Source: Hemiscyllium ocellatum (Eukaryota). From it: 64,000 nt of DNA. A program made the translations under genes and the position numbers. The notes beneath the pieces are model-generated. The model was not told where the DNA came from, made no database searches, and worked only from the letters and a program-made list of their open reading frames with translations. The stretch's first letter is position 1, and each line of letters begins with the position of its first letter. Of the stretch, positions 39,593-53,561 are shown in pieces. Location of the stretch: the NCBI RefSeq assembly GCF_020745735.1, contig NC_083417.1:46996001-47060000 (forward strand), given 5' to 3'.

Positions 39593-41340
39593 TGTAAGAA
39601 CTGTATCTTTTCTTGTGTGTTTTTAAAAACTGGAGACTGAAATGAGAAAGAACTGTTTAAAAATCAGACTTTGAAAGAGTGGCTGGAGGTTTGCAAGCAA
39701 CTAACCTGATATTCATGGCAGACATTGTAAACAACTGTTTGATCAGGCTGTCACTGAAGTCTGAGTTGCTAACGAAGAGGAACTAAATGGTTCTCTATTT
39801 AGATGCAGCTGGGAAGTAACAAGAGGTTGGTTGGTTGGTCTGTGGACTAGTGACAGTTATCAATGACAGAGACCTTTTGCTTGCCAACAAGTGTGTGATT
39901 GGTTCTTAGGTGAATGATCAGCTTGTAGCAGAAAAAATGTTAGAGACAGAGAGGAAAAATACAACAAGATCTTGATCAGATAGGCCAATGGGCTGAGGAG
40001 TGGCAGATGGAGTTTAATTTATATAAATGCGAAGTGCTGCATTTTGGAAAGCAAATCTTAACAGGACTTATACATTTAATGGTAAAGTCTGAGGGAGTAC
40101 TGCTGAACAAAGAGACCTTGGAATGCAGGGTCATAGCTCCTTGAAAGTAGAGTCGCAGGTAGATAAGATAGTGAAGACGTTTGATATGCTTTCCTTTATT
40201 GGTCAGAGTATTCAATACAGGAGTTGGGAGGTCATGTTGCTGCTGTACAGGATATTGGTTAGGCCACTTTTGGAATATTGCATGCAATTCTGGTCTCCTT
40301 CCTATTGGAAGGATGTTGTGAAACTTGAAAGGGTTCAGAAAAGATTTACAAGGATGTTGGCAGGGTTGGAGGATTTGAGCTATAGGGAGAGGGTGAATAG
40401 GCTGGGGCTATTTACCCTGGACCTTTGGAGGCTGAGGGGCGACTTTATAGAGGTTTATAAAATCATGAGGGGCATGGATAGGATAAACAGACAAGGTCTT
40501 TTCCCCGGGATGAGGGAGACCATAATTAGAGGGCATAGGTTTAAGGTGAGAGGGGAAAGATATAAAAGAGATCTAAGGAACAACTTTTTTAGACAGAGGG
40601 TGGTGTGTGTCTGGAATGAACTGCCAGAGGAAGTGGTGGAGACTAGTACAATTGCAACATTTAACAGGCATCTGGATGGGTATATGAATAGGAAGGGTTT
40701 GGAGGGATATGGGCCGGGTGCTGGCAGGTGCGACTAGATTGGGTTGGAATATTTGGTCAGCATGGACGAGTTGGGCTGAAGGGTCCGTTTCTATGCTGTA
40801 CATGTCTGATTCTACAATCTTATACCAGCCCAGAACCTGCCTGTTCTCTGCAGCCAAAAACTCCGTTTAAATCTGAAGAAAACAGTAACTTTCCCTGCAG
40901 CAGTTGCTGCAATTGTGACTTTTGAATTGATAAATCTGAGGCATTTTTGAAGTGAATCAGTCACTCTGTGCCTCCTACAAATGAGCGGAAGCATCCAGAG
41001 AAAATCATCTGAAAAACTAGGGGTCTTGCTAGCTGAGGAAGGACCATCTCAATGTTGGAACAGTGAAGCAAAGACCACTGAAATTAATTTCCAGTTTTTC
41101 TACCTTGGCAAGTAATTTATTTCACAATGTGTTTGTCTGTGTATGTATGGGGAAGTTTATAAGGAGATTAATGTCTTAGTTAGTTTACATCTGCTTACCT
41201 ATGGCTATAGTCTAATTACTAATTCTTGATTAGTGTAGACATCTGGTCTCTGCTTTCTATCAATCTTAGTCTGAAAATCTACATTGGGATACTGTGCGTA
41301 AAACAACTGTTTTAACATTTGGTTTGATTTGAGGAATAGC
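39593..41340 (+). mobile_element. Possible solo-LTR-like segment split by a CR1 insertion
   Basis: Starts TGTAAG and has LTR-like composition on both sides of the CR1. No TSD or clean CA end found. Confidence 0.3.
39965..40812 (+). mobile_element. CR1 (HER1-like) LINE 3' part, same family as 7177-8788
   Basis: 204-aa open frame with LEYCMQFWSP...RLRGDFIEVYKIMRG...WNELP. Confidence 0.95.
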
Positions 41341-41409
41341 AGGGTCCAATTTACAGCACATTTCCTCAATGTGTGGTATGGTGGACAGTGAAGGAGGCTA
41401 TCTAGTAAG

Positions 41410-43790
41410 GTATTCAGGCAAAAAGAAAAAGGTGGTGATGTGGCATTGCTGGTTAAAGAGAAATTAGCACAATAGTGACAAAAGGATATTAGCTCGGACA
41501 ACGTGAGTCTGTAACGGTTCAGTTGAAAAATACCAAGGGGTAAAAAGCATTAGTTGGTGTCATATAAAGGCCCCCAAACTGCAGTGGTGATATTGGGAAT
41601 GGCACTATATCGAAAATTAGAGACGCATGTGATAAGGGAATATTGGTGACCACGGGTGATTTTGATAGATTGGGGAGAGTTACTGAAAGGGATGGCAATG
41701 GATAGGCAATGGCAAACATTGAAGGAATGCATGGGGAACTGCAACAATTTTTATTCCTGTCCAGCACAGAAGCAAAATAGGAAAGAAAGCCAATCCATGG
41801 ATTACAAAGGAAATTAGAGATAGTAACCAGTCCAAGGTAGAAGCGTACAAATTGGCCCAGAAAAATAATAGGATTGGGATTGGGAGCAGCTTAGAATTCA
41901 TAAAAGAAGGATGAAGGGATTGATTAAGAAGGGGAAAATACAGTATGAAAGTAAGCTTGCAAGGAACATAAAGACTGACACTAAGAGTTTCTATAAGTAC
42001 ATGAAGAGAAAGAGATTAGTGAAGACAAACGTAGGTCCCCTACATACGGAAACAGGGCAACATATAATAGGGGACAAAGAAGTGGCTGAGCAACTGAATA
42101 CATACTTTGGTTCTGTCTTTATAAAACAGAACACAAGTTGGACACCAGAAATGATGCAGAACGCAAGATTTAGTGAGAGGGAAGAACTGAGGGGGATCAA
42201 TATTAGTAGAGAAAAGGTGCTGGGAAAATTGAAGGGACTGAAGGTGGATAAATCTACGTGATAATTTACATCCCACAGTACTTAAGGAACTGGCTCTAGA
42301 AATAGTGGATGTATTGATCGTCATCTTCCAGGATTTATAGACTCTGGAAGAGTCCCTGCAGATTGGAGGGTAGCTCATGTTACTCCAACATATGAAAAGG
42401 GAGGTAGATAGAAACGAAGGAATTATAGACCAGTAAGCCTAACATCGGTAGTGGGGAAAATTCTCAAATCTGTTATCAAGGATTTCAGAGCAGAGCATTT
42501 AGAGAGCACAGCTTTTGGAAGAACCAGACAGAGTCAGCACGGATTTATGAAGGGAAAATCATGCTTGACAAATCTGTTGGAATTCTATGAAGATGTAACT
42601 AGTAGAGTTGACAAGGGGGAAGGAGTCAATGTGGTATATTTGGACTTTCAGAAAGCATTTACGAAGTCCCGCATAAGAGATTATTGTGCAAGATTAAAGC
42701 ACTTGGGATTGGGGGTAAGTGTTTTGAGATGGATAGAAAACTGGCTTGCAGAGAGGAAACAAAGACTCGGAACTAATGGGTCCTTTTCAAATTGGCAGGC
42801 AGTAATTAGTCGGGTACCACAGGGATCAGTGCTAGGACCCAGCTATTCACAATATATATGAATGATTTGGATGAGCGAACCAAATGTACCATCTCAAAGT
42901 TTGCAGATGATAGTAAATGGGGTGAGAGGGTGAACTGTGACAAAAATGTAGAGATGCTTCAGCATTATCTGGACAGGCTGTGTGAGTGGGCAAATCATGA
43001 CAGGTGCAGTATAATTTGGATAAATGTAAGATTATTCAATTTGGAAGCAAAAACAAGAAGGTAGATTACTACCTGAATGGCTATAAATTGGGAGAGGGGA
43101 ACATGCAGTGGGACCTGGGTGTCCTTGTGCACCAGTTGCTCAAGATAAGCATGTAGGCGATAAAGAAGGCAAATGGTATGATGGCCTTCGTTGTGAGAGC
43201 TTTCAAGTACAAGAGCAGAGATGTGTTGTTGCAGTTATACAGGGCCTTGGTGAAGCCATACCTAGAATACTGTATTCAGTTTTGGTCTCCTTTTTAAGGA
43301 ATGATGCTCTTGCTGTCGAGGGAGTGCAGTGAAGGTTTACCAGGCTGATTCCGGGGATGATGGGACTAACGTATGAGGAAAGACTGACTAGATTAGGATT
43401 GTTTTCATTGGAGTTCAGACGAGTGAGGGAGATTTCATTGAGACTTGTAAAATTCTAACAGGACTAGACAGGGTAGATGCAGGGAGTATGTTCCCGATGG
43501 TTGATATGTTCAGAAACAGTCTGAGGATTTGAGTGGACCATTTAGGACAGAGATGTGGAGACATTTCTTCACCCAAAGAGTGGTGAGCCTGTGGAATTCA
43601 TTACCACAGGCAGTAGTTGATGCCAAAACATTGAATGTACTCAAGAGGCGGCTAGCTAAAGCACTTGGAGTGAATGGGATCAAAGATCATGGGGAGAAAA
43701 TAGAATTAGGCTACTGAGTTGGATGATCAGCCATGGTCATGATAAATTGTGGACCAGTCTTGGAGGGCCTACTCCTGTTCCTATCTTTTA
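41410..43790 (+). mobile_element. Long degenerate CR1 LINE (endonuclease remnant to 3'UTR)
   Basis: GGDVALLVK, GVI.RPPN, KSFYKYMKRKR, YLDFQKAF, PQGSVLGP, FADDSK, WNSLP motifs in order. Confidence 0.92.
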
Positions 43791-43814
43791 AGTTTCCATC
43801 TAATAGTATAAAGA

Positions 43815-44490
43815 AATCTTGATCAATTGGGCTGAAGAGTAGCAGATGGAGTTTAATTTGGATAAATGCAAGGTATTGCATATTCTTAAAACAAACAAGG
43901 GCAAGACTTAAACAATTAAACATAGGACCTTGGTAGTGTTGGAGAACAGAGAGACCTGAGTGTTCAGATACATGTTTGCATCACATATAGATAGGTGGTT
44001 AGGAAAGCATTTGGGAGGCTTATCTTCATTATTCAAACCTTTGAGTGCAGGAATTGGTACATTATGTTGAAGTTGTACAAGACATTGGTGAGGCCTCTTC
44101 TGGAGTACTGTGTCCAGTTTTGGTCACTCTGTTATAGGAAGGATGTTATAAGCTGGAGTGGGTTCAGAAGAGATTTACCAAGATGTTTCTGGGAATGGAG
44201 GATTTGAGATTTAAGGAGAGGTTGGGACTTTTTTTAATGGAGTGTAGGAGGTTGAGGGACTACCTTTTTTACACAGAGGGTGACTAGCATGTAGAATGAA
44301 CTTCCGGAAGAAGTTGTGGATGTGGGTAAAGTTACAATGTTTGAAAGACATTTAGATAAGTACATTAATAACAAATGTTTGGAGGGATATGGGGTCAAGG
44401 ATAGGCAGGTGGGACTAGTTTAGTTTGGGATTATGGTCGGCATGGACTAGTTGGACCAAAGAATCTATTTCCGTGCTTTATGACTATACG
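43815..44490 (+). mobile_element. CR1 LINE 3' fragment
   Basis: LYKTLVRPLLEYCVQFWS and 3'UTR. Confidence 0.9.
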
Positions 44491-44554
44491 TCACTGAGTT
44501 GTAACACATGCGAGAAAAGGTTGAGGTTAGCTCAGTGCTATTTGGAATGAGTGA

Positions 44555-44955
44555 TGCTTCTACTGAAACACATAAGACTCTGAGAAGCCTTGACAGGGTA
44601 CATGATGAGAGAATTCTTCCCCTCAAGAGGAATCTGGAACTAGAAGGCACAATTTAAAAATATACAGTCATCCATTTAAGACTAAGATGCAAAATATTTC
44701 TTTTTCTGAGAGGTTCTTAAGTCTATGGAATTCTTTTCTACAGAGAGCACTGGGAGGGTGGGTCATTGATTATATTCAATGCTGATTTCAACAGATTTTT
44801 GATCAACAAGAAAATCAAGGGTTAGGTTGGGGAGGGGGATAGGTGGCAGACGGAAGGAAAGAGGAATTAAGGCACTATCAGCTGTGATCTGACTGTATGG
44901 CATAGTAGACTTCAGGGACTGAAATAGCCAATTCCTTTCCTTTTTTATGTTATGT
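44555..44955 (+). mobile_element. CR1 LINE 3' fragment
   Basis: ETHKTL..LDRV and WNS motifs, tail ttatgttatgtt. Confidence 0.7.
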
Positions 44956-45329
44956 TTCTTCTCCAAGTCCAAGTCTCCTTAATTAGAAACCAATAACCTT
45001 CTACCCCAAACTCTGCTACTATTGAGAGAGGCAAAGGCATACTGAAAATAGGAGTTAAGGAAACTACATGGTGGCGATTAGTTTATTGTATAATATAGCA
45101 TCGCGTGTTTTACTTTATGCATTTAGATTGGAATGTGCACTTTCAGCTTTTTTCTATTTTGTGTTTACAGTAGTATAGAACTATTGGTGAATGGGGAAAA
45201 GTGCTGAAATTACTGACACATTTTATTACTTATTTGATCACACAGCACCTCTCATCCTATTTTTGTACCTCCCCTTTCTGCTGCATTTCTTTCTCTTCTA
45301 CATCCTTGTTCACCTCCTCTTCAGACTCA

Positions 45330-45620
45330 AACCCCATAATAGTTAAGCAGTGCAGTATGCAGTATACCACCATAAATTTTGATTGCAGCTTAGCTGGGTA
45401 TATGAAGAAATCTGAACATTCCGGGCAATGGATGATGTGCTCTATACTCTTCCTTGTGGCAACATGACTTTTATTGTATGCGTACTATGAACATGGGCAT
45501 GGTTTCATGCACCAGAATCACGATCTATATGATCAGTAGGTAACCACTACTGTTCAGCCTTCGATTTGCTGTGGTAGATGAAATACAGATAGAACAAAGA
45601 ACTGGCACAGATCTAAGGAG
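45330..45620 (-). mobile_element. Harbinger (HARBI1-like) transposase remnant
   Basis: YNKSHVATRKSIEHII and SKFMVVYCILH match the DDE_Tnp_4 C-terminal motifs YN..H..TR..IE and CC.LHN. Confidence 0.7.
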
Positions 45621-48574
45621 TCATCACTACTGGTAGGATGCAGACATTATGGACAATGCACTACTTGTAATGACACACCAGTTTCAATTTGAAGCTATAA
45701 GATTCCTTTTAGTTCAAGAAGGTTTCAGAATTCACCTAAGGCACTACCAATGTGCATAATAAAGAAGCCAATTGACATAAACTCTCATGCTGGGCCTGCT
45801 TGTCTCTGATAAGAGAAAATCAAAAGAGACACCCAATTACCTTTCTTGATCAGCACTATGCTGCAAACTATGAGATATTGCCTATGCTTTCAGCAGTAAA
45901 CTGGAGGAAGCCAGATATACAGAGGTTAGAGCCATAGTCACCTTGACAGCCACGGTGTGTAACTTTGAGGTAGCAGTTGCAGTTGTAGCTGTAGCAGTGC
46001 TGTCTTAAGAAGAGGTAGATCTTGGGCCAGAATCTTAGGGAGGTGATGGGGATCTTGGCCACTGGTTGGAGATCACTCGCTGTATTTTCTAGGGAAGACT
46101 ACCACCTAAGTGCCACGAATGTACTTAGCAGACCAGTATCAGGCCACCTACCAGGATCAAGAAGCCAATCAGAGGCCTGTAGCTCTACTGAACAGTAGCA
46201 CCACGGAGTAGATGGCACCAGCTACTGATACAATACCCACCTGAGGCCTTGGATTGTTGCTAGATCTCAGGCCAGAGATGGTGTGGTCGGGGAAGATGGT
46301 GAGCAACAAGGAAGAAGTAGCTTAGTAGGCCTCCCAACTTCCTGATGCCAGATCCCTCAGTTAGATACTGAAGCTTTTGAAGAGGAGTTTCACATGGGAT
46401 CCTGAAAACAACATTGTATGTATCTTGTTCCCTGTATGGTGGGCACCCACCTCGTCTGCAAACTCCTGAGTTAATACCAGTGATGGTAGGATGAGGCCCT
46501 TAATGGTATTAATTGCTGAAACTAAGTTTTTGTGCCAACCAATCAGCATGCTTTTACCATGCAGTATAAATTGTTGCTCCCTTTGAGATTTGGGATTCTT
46601 GCATCTGTCCTGATGAGTACATGATGAAAAACATCAATGTGTCTCATATTACTTTAACACTCAAGTCGAGAACTACTAAGTAATTATTAGACAAATTGTT
46701 CTTAATTCTACTAGAACAAAACACTGTCAATGCAAGAAATCTGAAATATAAAACCAAAAGTACCCAAAGACCGTCAGCAGACAAGTCAACATTTAAACAA
46801 AAAGACATGCAATTGTTAATCCTGCACTTCTTTTTTTCAATTGAACAGCCAGCTCTTAATACTTTTCTAATGAAGTAGCACTGAAATTATGAAAATGACT
46901 ATATGACCATACTGTGCAGAAGATGTTCATTTGAACAATCATTTCTGTGATCACTAGATATCAAGATATGGTAATCAGATACAATGAAAGAAATCTGCTG
47001 TAATGAACAGGATTGTGGCTCTCTTCTTATGTTATTCACTCAATGTTAAACAGTTTTAGATAAAGTCCAAGCAGAACTTTCTAATTAGAGTTAATTAGAA
47101 CCACAAACCATAAAACTCAAGCATTTGAAAGCTCCTTCAGCATTATAAATCTGTTCAGAAAAGTAATGATATATCTCAGTGGCAAGGTGAGGCTTGAACC
47201 TGAATTTTCTGACCCAGAGATAGATGCATTAACACTGCACAATGGAGTCTACATATTTGAGTATTCTTTAGGAAAAGAGATAAACCAATTGGATCTGAAT
47301 TATAAAGCAAACAAACAGCTCAATTTAGCACACTAACTAAAAAAAACTAGGAGATCAAATTAAAATAAGTGCATCCCCATCTGTGCCTAATGGCCTATGA
47401 AATCTCTGGACACCCTCGAGTTCTCTTCAAGGACACCCAGGTACATATGTAACCCCGAAAGAGGGAAGGCAATCAGGAATTATGACTCCCTCCACAGCTC
47501 ATTGTTTAGACTGATAAGTGCCTACTATGACCAGGCACAGACCAATGCAGAGATCCTACAACTTGCCTGCATCACACTGCATAGGCTGCTCAAAGATAAG
47601 GTGCGTTTAGATGAAGTGCAAAGTAAAATTCAACAAACCGCTCCTTAAATGAAAAAAAAAGGTACAATCTCCTACAATCAATGTTTACATGGTCCATGGA
47701 CTCTGTAGAATAGCAGTTGGCCTATTGGGAGTCCAATACATTTGAATACAATTAACTAACTAGCTCACAATACCTGCCTGCCTTGGTACCTTTATCTTCT
47801 AGGTATTTAGCATCCTATTAATATCTTTGGATACTAACATTTTAGTGAAACACTACTATGCTGTTACCACTCTGCGCGTAGAAATTTTTGATTCCATCCA
47901 TTGGTTTTGACAGTCTTTTGGAAAATGCTATTCCAAAAGTTTCAGTTGCAGGGAATTTGCTTGTCATTATGCTGTTGACTTCAATGCTTGGGCTTGAAGT
48001 ACTGGCTGTGATCTGTACTCTGAGTTGTAAGATTTCAGTTGTTTCTGAATACTGAGAAAAGATTTCTTGGCTGAGACCATTTACATGGACTTAGGTCCAT
48101 ATGAAAAAAGCTACAATATGGAGAAAAACTCTCTACAGGCAAGAAATTGGACCATGTGTTCCTATTCTCCATTACAAACTTGTGTAATTTTGTGGGTCTG
48201 TGTTCAGTGGTCTATTTCATTGATACAATATTCAAGCATGCAAGGAAGAGAACCGAAAAGCATTCGTCCCTTGAACATGCTCATGAGGGTCTTCATGCTG
48301 AGCAAGAACCCCAGCCACTGAAAACTAAGCAGGTTTTCCAAAAGTCCTTAAAGGAACAATAGGAGTTGACAATGAAAAGGAACATTTCTTCTGTTTAACT
48401 TATCTCCATTTTGAAACAGTAGAACCCAATAAGACATAGAAGCAGAAGTAGGCCAATCATTTTAAGAGCATAATGAGGAGAAAAGGTTGTTTAAGAAACT
48501 AGGGGTTTTCAGCCATGGTAATTTCTCATCTTTAGGAGAGACTGTGGGTTGACGTCAAAATGCACCATTTAAGA

Positions 48575-49185
48575 CCATGAAACCATAAGATATAGGAGCA
48601 GAAGTAGGCTATTCTGCCCATTGAGTTCACTCTATTATTCAATGAGAACGTGGCTGATCTAATTATCTTCATCTTCTTTTCCACACAAAGCCTTTGATTC
48701 CCTTACTAATCAAAAATTGTCTATCTCAGCTTTGAATATACTTAATAACTCATCTTCTACAGCCCTCCACAGTAAAGAACTCCACACATTCATCATCCTC
48801 AGAGGAAAAAAATCCTTATCTTTGTCTTAAATGGGTGACTCTTTACTTGGGAGATTATGCCTTCTGGTTCTAGACTCTCCGATAAGGGGGAACTATCTCT
48901 CCACATCCACCCTGTCAAGTCCCATAACAAATTTATTTACATCAATATGGTCTCTATTGTTCTTCTAAATGCCAATGAGTACAAATCTAATCAACCTTTC
49001 CTCATAATTCCTCAAAACTTAGGATCAATAGTGAACCTTATCTGGACTGCCTCTTTCTTTCCTCAGATTAGACATCAAAATTATTCACAATGTTCCAGTT
49101 GTAGTCTGACTAGTACCTTGCATAATTACAGGAAAACCTCCCTATTTTTACACTTCATTCCTTTCGAAATAAAGCCTATAGTCAA
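48575..49185 (-). mobile_element. CR1 LINE 3' fragment
   Basis: Reverse tail cataagatataggagcagaagtaggc and ORF2-end remnants. Confidence 0.8.
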
Positions 49186-49965
49186 GAAGCAGTACTGTTA
49201 ATGCTGACTCCTTAGGGGCTGCTGTCAGCCAACATTATCCAAAATACTCCCAATCCAGGTTTTCTCCACTTTCTTCCCAGAACCATCTTTCCAAAGTTTG
49301 CTGTCAGGAATGTGACCCACTCAAATAAGTTAGGAGTCAAGCAGCTATGGCTGCCTTTTGGCATCTGCAGCACACCAGAACTTTGCTGACAAAGCCAAAA
49401 TTACAAATTGGACATGTTCTGAGGCAAGTCACCTCTTTTAAGCTTCAAAAGTGGCCTGAACCAATTTGTAGTCTTTGTTTATTTTCTGAAGATATACGCT
49501 TGTTGGTACAAACAATTCATGAAGATTCTCCATTATTCTCCAACTAAAGATGAACAGAAACAAAATCTCATGTCTTGAAATCAGAATGTAAGAAAATGGC
49601 CAAAAGTGACAACTTGAGCTTTGGGACATGCAGGACTAACTTCATTTTAAACTTTATAAATATTTCTTTAAGTAAGGCTTTGTAAAGCTGTTTATGTATT
49701 CTTCTTTTCTGGTTGTCATCTGCAGAATGAAAAAAAAAATCTGCCAAGGCAATATTTCTTCTCTTATTGCAATCGCTTTTCAGGACAATGAACACAGCCC
49801 ATCAATACCATCCATCAGGCCAAGTTTGATAATAATAGTCAGACAAGGAAGGAACTGGTTCACAATTAACACAAAAGAAAGTTACCCCAATGATTTAACT
49901 CTTTAAAACAAGCTATAAAAACGTATAGAACTCCACCAAGTCAGAATAAGATTTTTTTCACATAC

Positions 49966-50067
49966 CTGATTAATTGGTTCCGGCTCTGTTGTAGCAATTT
50001 TTGCCTCATTTGTTTTGCTTGTAACATCAGCAATATGAACGTCAGAACGTTTTGCTCCTTTAGTTAG
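49966..50067 (-). CDS. RPGRIP1L: RPGRIP1L linker exon (LTKGAKRSDVHIADVTSKTNEAKIATTEPEPINQ)
   Basis: tgttttatcaatttgaag|CTA ... CAG|gtatgt, 102 bp, open, phase 0/0, in non-repeat sequence at the expected position. Sequence similarity to other RPGRIP1L proteins is low. Confidence 0.7.
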
Positions 50068-50524
50068 CTTCAAATTGATAAAACACAAATGAGTTAGATA
50101 CACATCCAACAAAGACTGACGTAATTCGTAACATTTTTAAAACAATTATGTTAAATTATTGCAAGTTGTTGACTTCAATGCAAGGTATGAAAGTAAGGCA
50201 GTAGAGTTCTACTGAATAAAACAATGCAAATGACAGAAAATTGAAATGAAAGCGAAGTGTACAGCAAGTCCTTCAATGTCAAAAGAGAAGTTAGCACTTT
50301 GGATAGTAAATGTAAAAAGTAAAGGATGGAAAAATCCCTTAACCCACCTTATCCCCTAGCATTGCAACTCACTCATCTGAGCATACACATAAAATTCAAC
50401 GTCCCATTGAGTTTGCTTTAACTCGCTTACCTTGTCATTAATTTCAAGAGCGTACTACCATTTTAGGAAAAAAATAACCTTCCACATTCAAGTCTAAAAT
50501 TATTTGTATAACCACAAACAGCAA

Positions 50525-52345
50525 GGGTTGTGACACTGACAACACAACGGAACCCCACTAGACACAGGCTTCAAGTCACAAAAACACTGCTCTGCTTCCA
50601 ACTATTCAGCTAATTCTGTATTCAATTTACCAAATTTCTTTAGATCCTATGAGCTGTTACCCTTGTTATCAGTCCCCCATGTGGGATCTTATCAAAAACC
50701 TTGCTGAAGTCCAAGTAGACCACATCAAATGCATTGCCAGCATCGACAGACCTTGCCACCTCTTCAAAAAATTCAGCCAAGTAGATTAGACATGCCCACC
50801 TCTAGATTAATCCTTGCCTCTCCAAGTTCAGGTTAATTCTGTCCCTCAGAATTGCTTCCAACAATTTCCCACTGCCAAGGTTAGACTGATTGATCTGTAG
50901 TTTCCTGGTGTATCTCTTGCTACCTTCTTGAATAATGGTTCCACATTGGCTGTTTTCCAGTCCTTTGGCACCTCCGCTGTGGCCAGGGAAGAACTGAAAA
51001 TTATTGTCAATACACCTACTATTTCATCCTTTACCTCACTTAACAGCCCTGGAATATATTTCATCTGGTGGAGATTTACCCACTTTTAAGCCTGCCATAC
51101 CATTCAGAACTTCCTGTCTATGCTAACGTCTTTAAGTATATTACAGTCCTTCTCCCTGATTTCTATACCCACATTGTGTCAATGTTCATGAGTGAGAGAG
51201 ACAAAGTATTCATTTAGAACCCTACCTATGTTCTCTGGCTCCATGCACAAATTAGCATTTAGTATTAATCGGCATGTCTGACCAATTTGATTGAGTTTTT
51301 CAAAGAGGTAATCAGGTGTATGGGTGAGGGCAAGGCATTCAACATAGTCTACTTGGACTTCACCAAGGTTTTCAATAAGGTCTTTAATGGCCCTACTCTT
51401 TCCCTAGTTAACTTTGATGTCTTAAATCTTCCCCTTGCACATTCTGTACTCCTCTAGGGCTTCTGCTGTGTTAAGCCCTGGGTATCTGCCATAAGTATTT
51501 CTTTTTTGCTTTATCTAATACCGTGTATCCCTTGATATCTAGGGTTTGCGGACTTTGTTGATCTTACTTTTTGGATTTAGTGGAACATGTTGGCCCCATA
51601 TTCTCCCCAATTCCTTCTGGAATGCATCCCACTGTCCTGACATTGATTTACTTAAAAATATTTGCTTTCAGTCCATGCCGGCCAAAACATATCTGATCTT
51701 CTTAAAATTGACCTTCCTCCAGTTTAAAAGTTGGATTTCAGATCCATCCTTGTCTTTTTCTATGACAACCTTGAATCTATTTGAGCTATGATCACAATCT
51801 ACAAAATGTTACCTCACTGATATTTCAACGATGTGCTTGGTCTCATTACTTAAAATTAAGATGAGGACTGCCCTCTCTCTCTCTCTCTCATAGAGCCTTC
51901 TACATACTGTCTTTAAAAAATCTCCTGGATGCATTTTACGAATTCTGCTCCCTCTAAACCATTCACACTATCATTACCCCAGTTAATGTTGGGGAAGTTG
52001 AAATCCTCTACTATCACTACCCTATTACTTTTACATTTCTCTTAAATTTGCCGACATATCTGTTCTTCTATTTCTTTTGGACCATTAGTGGGCCTATAGT
52101 ACACTCCGAGCAATATGATTCCTCCTTGTTGCTTTTTAAGTTCTACCTATTTGGCTTCATTTGAGGAGCCTTCTAAGATGCCATCCCACCTACTGCTGTA
52201 ATTGATTTCTTGATCAAAACTGTCACTCCCCTTCCTCTTTTACCCCCTTCCCTGTCTCAGTTCAAGACCGTATATCCGAGAATATTAAGCTGCCAGTTTT
52301 GCCCCTCTCTCAATCATGTCTCCATGATAGCATTGACATTATATC
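50525..52345 (-). mobile_element. CR1 LINE (endonuclease to RT), degenerate
   Basis: PKDWKTANVEPLFKK..GNYRSISLT, VYLDFSKVFDKIP and endonuclease GVYYRP remnants. Confidence 0.88.
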
Positions 52346-53561
52346 TGCATGTGTTAATTAGCTGTATTACATTTTTATAAAATCCTGTTGCTGCTCCTGA
52401 TGTGCTTTGCTGCTGACCTCAATAGATCAGGTTTAATTCCTTGGCTTGGTGATAATGGCAGAGTACAAAATATGCCAGGTCATGAGATTACAGATTGATC
52501 ATGGTTGAATACAATTCTGGTGTCGATTTTCTACAGTGCAGCATAGATACCCTGTTTAGACATGCTGGATCTGTTCTGAATCTAATGTAATTAGACAATG
52601 GATAGGGGTTTTCAACATGATGACAGACTTTGAAGTGGTCATTTCTACTAACACTGCCAAGGGTAGTTGTACTGTGACAGATGGGTTTTCAAATTCAAGG
52701 CCTATTAGGTTTTTCCTTTCTCTTTGTTTTTTCACCACCTACTGCAGTTTCAGTCTAGCCGTCGTGTCCTTTAGTCTCAGTCAATTTGATCTGTACTAGT
52801 GCTACTGAGGCACGCTTGCACTAATATATTAATGGGGGGTGGTTGGAGGAGAATGGGATATCGGAATTTATAGGGGATTTCTTTGACTGTCTCTGATTTG
52901 ATACTATGAAGGTTCTTGAGGTCTGAAATCAATATTAATTGACTCTCAGGGCTAATCCCTGAGATTTGCTACTACTGGTGAGATTGTCCTGCTAGTGGGA
53001 AAGAACATACCAATGGATGATGATGGAAAAATCTGGGATATTGATTGTAAGGATTTGTTTAATCTGACTTTGTTGCGCTGTTGCTTGAAACAAATAGAAA
53101 TCATAAAATTGAAATACAAATAGAAAGTGCTGGAAATATTCAACATGTCCATTCACCATTTTGAAAGGACAAAAGACAGGTTCATATTTCTTCAATCTTT
53201 CTTCAACAGTCAAAAGCAAAAGGTAAGCCAGATGTTCTTGGTGGGAATGAAGGCATCAAGATGAGATATGGACCTCACACGATGGGAAGGGAAAGCTTGA
53301 AGAGTGTAAATTTTTTAAACAAGAAACATGTTTTCAAGCCCATATGTGTTCCTGCCACCATTTTCACAGCAATCTAATGTACTGCTGCGGAGAGACAAAA
53401 CAACTGATTAGAAATTTAAATTAGGCTTATACTATGCAATCAGAGATCTTCTCAGAGCTAGGTAAACACAGCCATAAAAGGAGGTGGGAGATGCTGACAC
53501 AGAATAATATGAATATTTAGAGCATTTCCCATGGCTCCCCGGCTTCTCAAGGTAACATTTT

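Noticed and set aside
40123-40737. 204-aa ORF and similar RT-like ORFs (7759, 23594, 42451)
   Set aside because: These are 5'-truncated CR1 ORF2 fragments, not autonomous or domesticated genes.
45250-45330. Glu-rich stretch (EEEVNKDVEEKEMQQKGE) resembling the acidic linker
   Set aside because: It directly follows the Harbinger CxLH motif, where acidic tails are typical, and has no good acceptor.
47770-48090. Open minus-strand frame near a CAG|gtattg donor, considered as an extra RPGRIP1L exon
   Set aside because: The frame stops before the donor, has no RPGRIP1L similarity and looks like old LINE debris.
51270-51385. Plus-strand CR1 piece inside a minus-strand CR1
   Set aside because: Ordinary nested or inverted LINE fragment.
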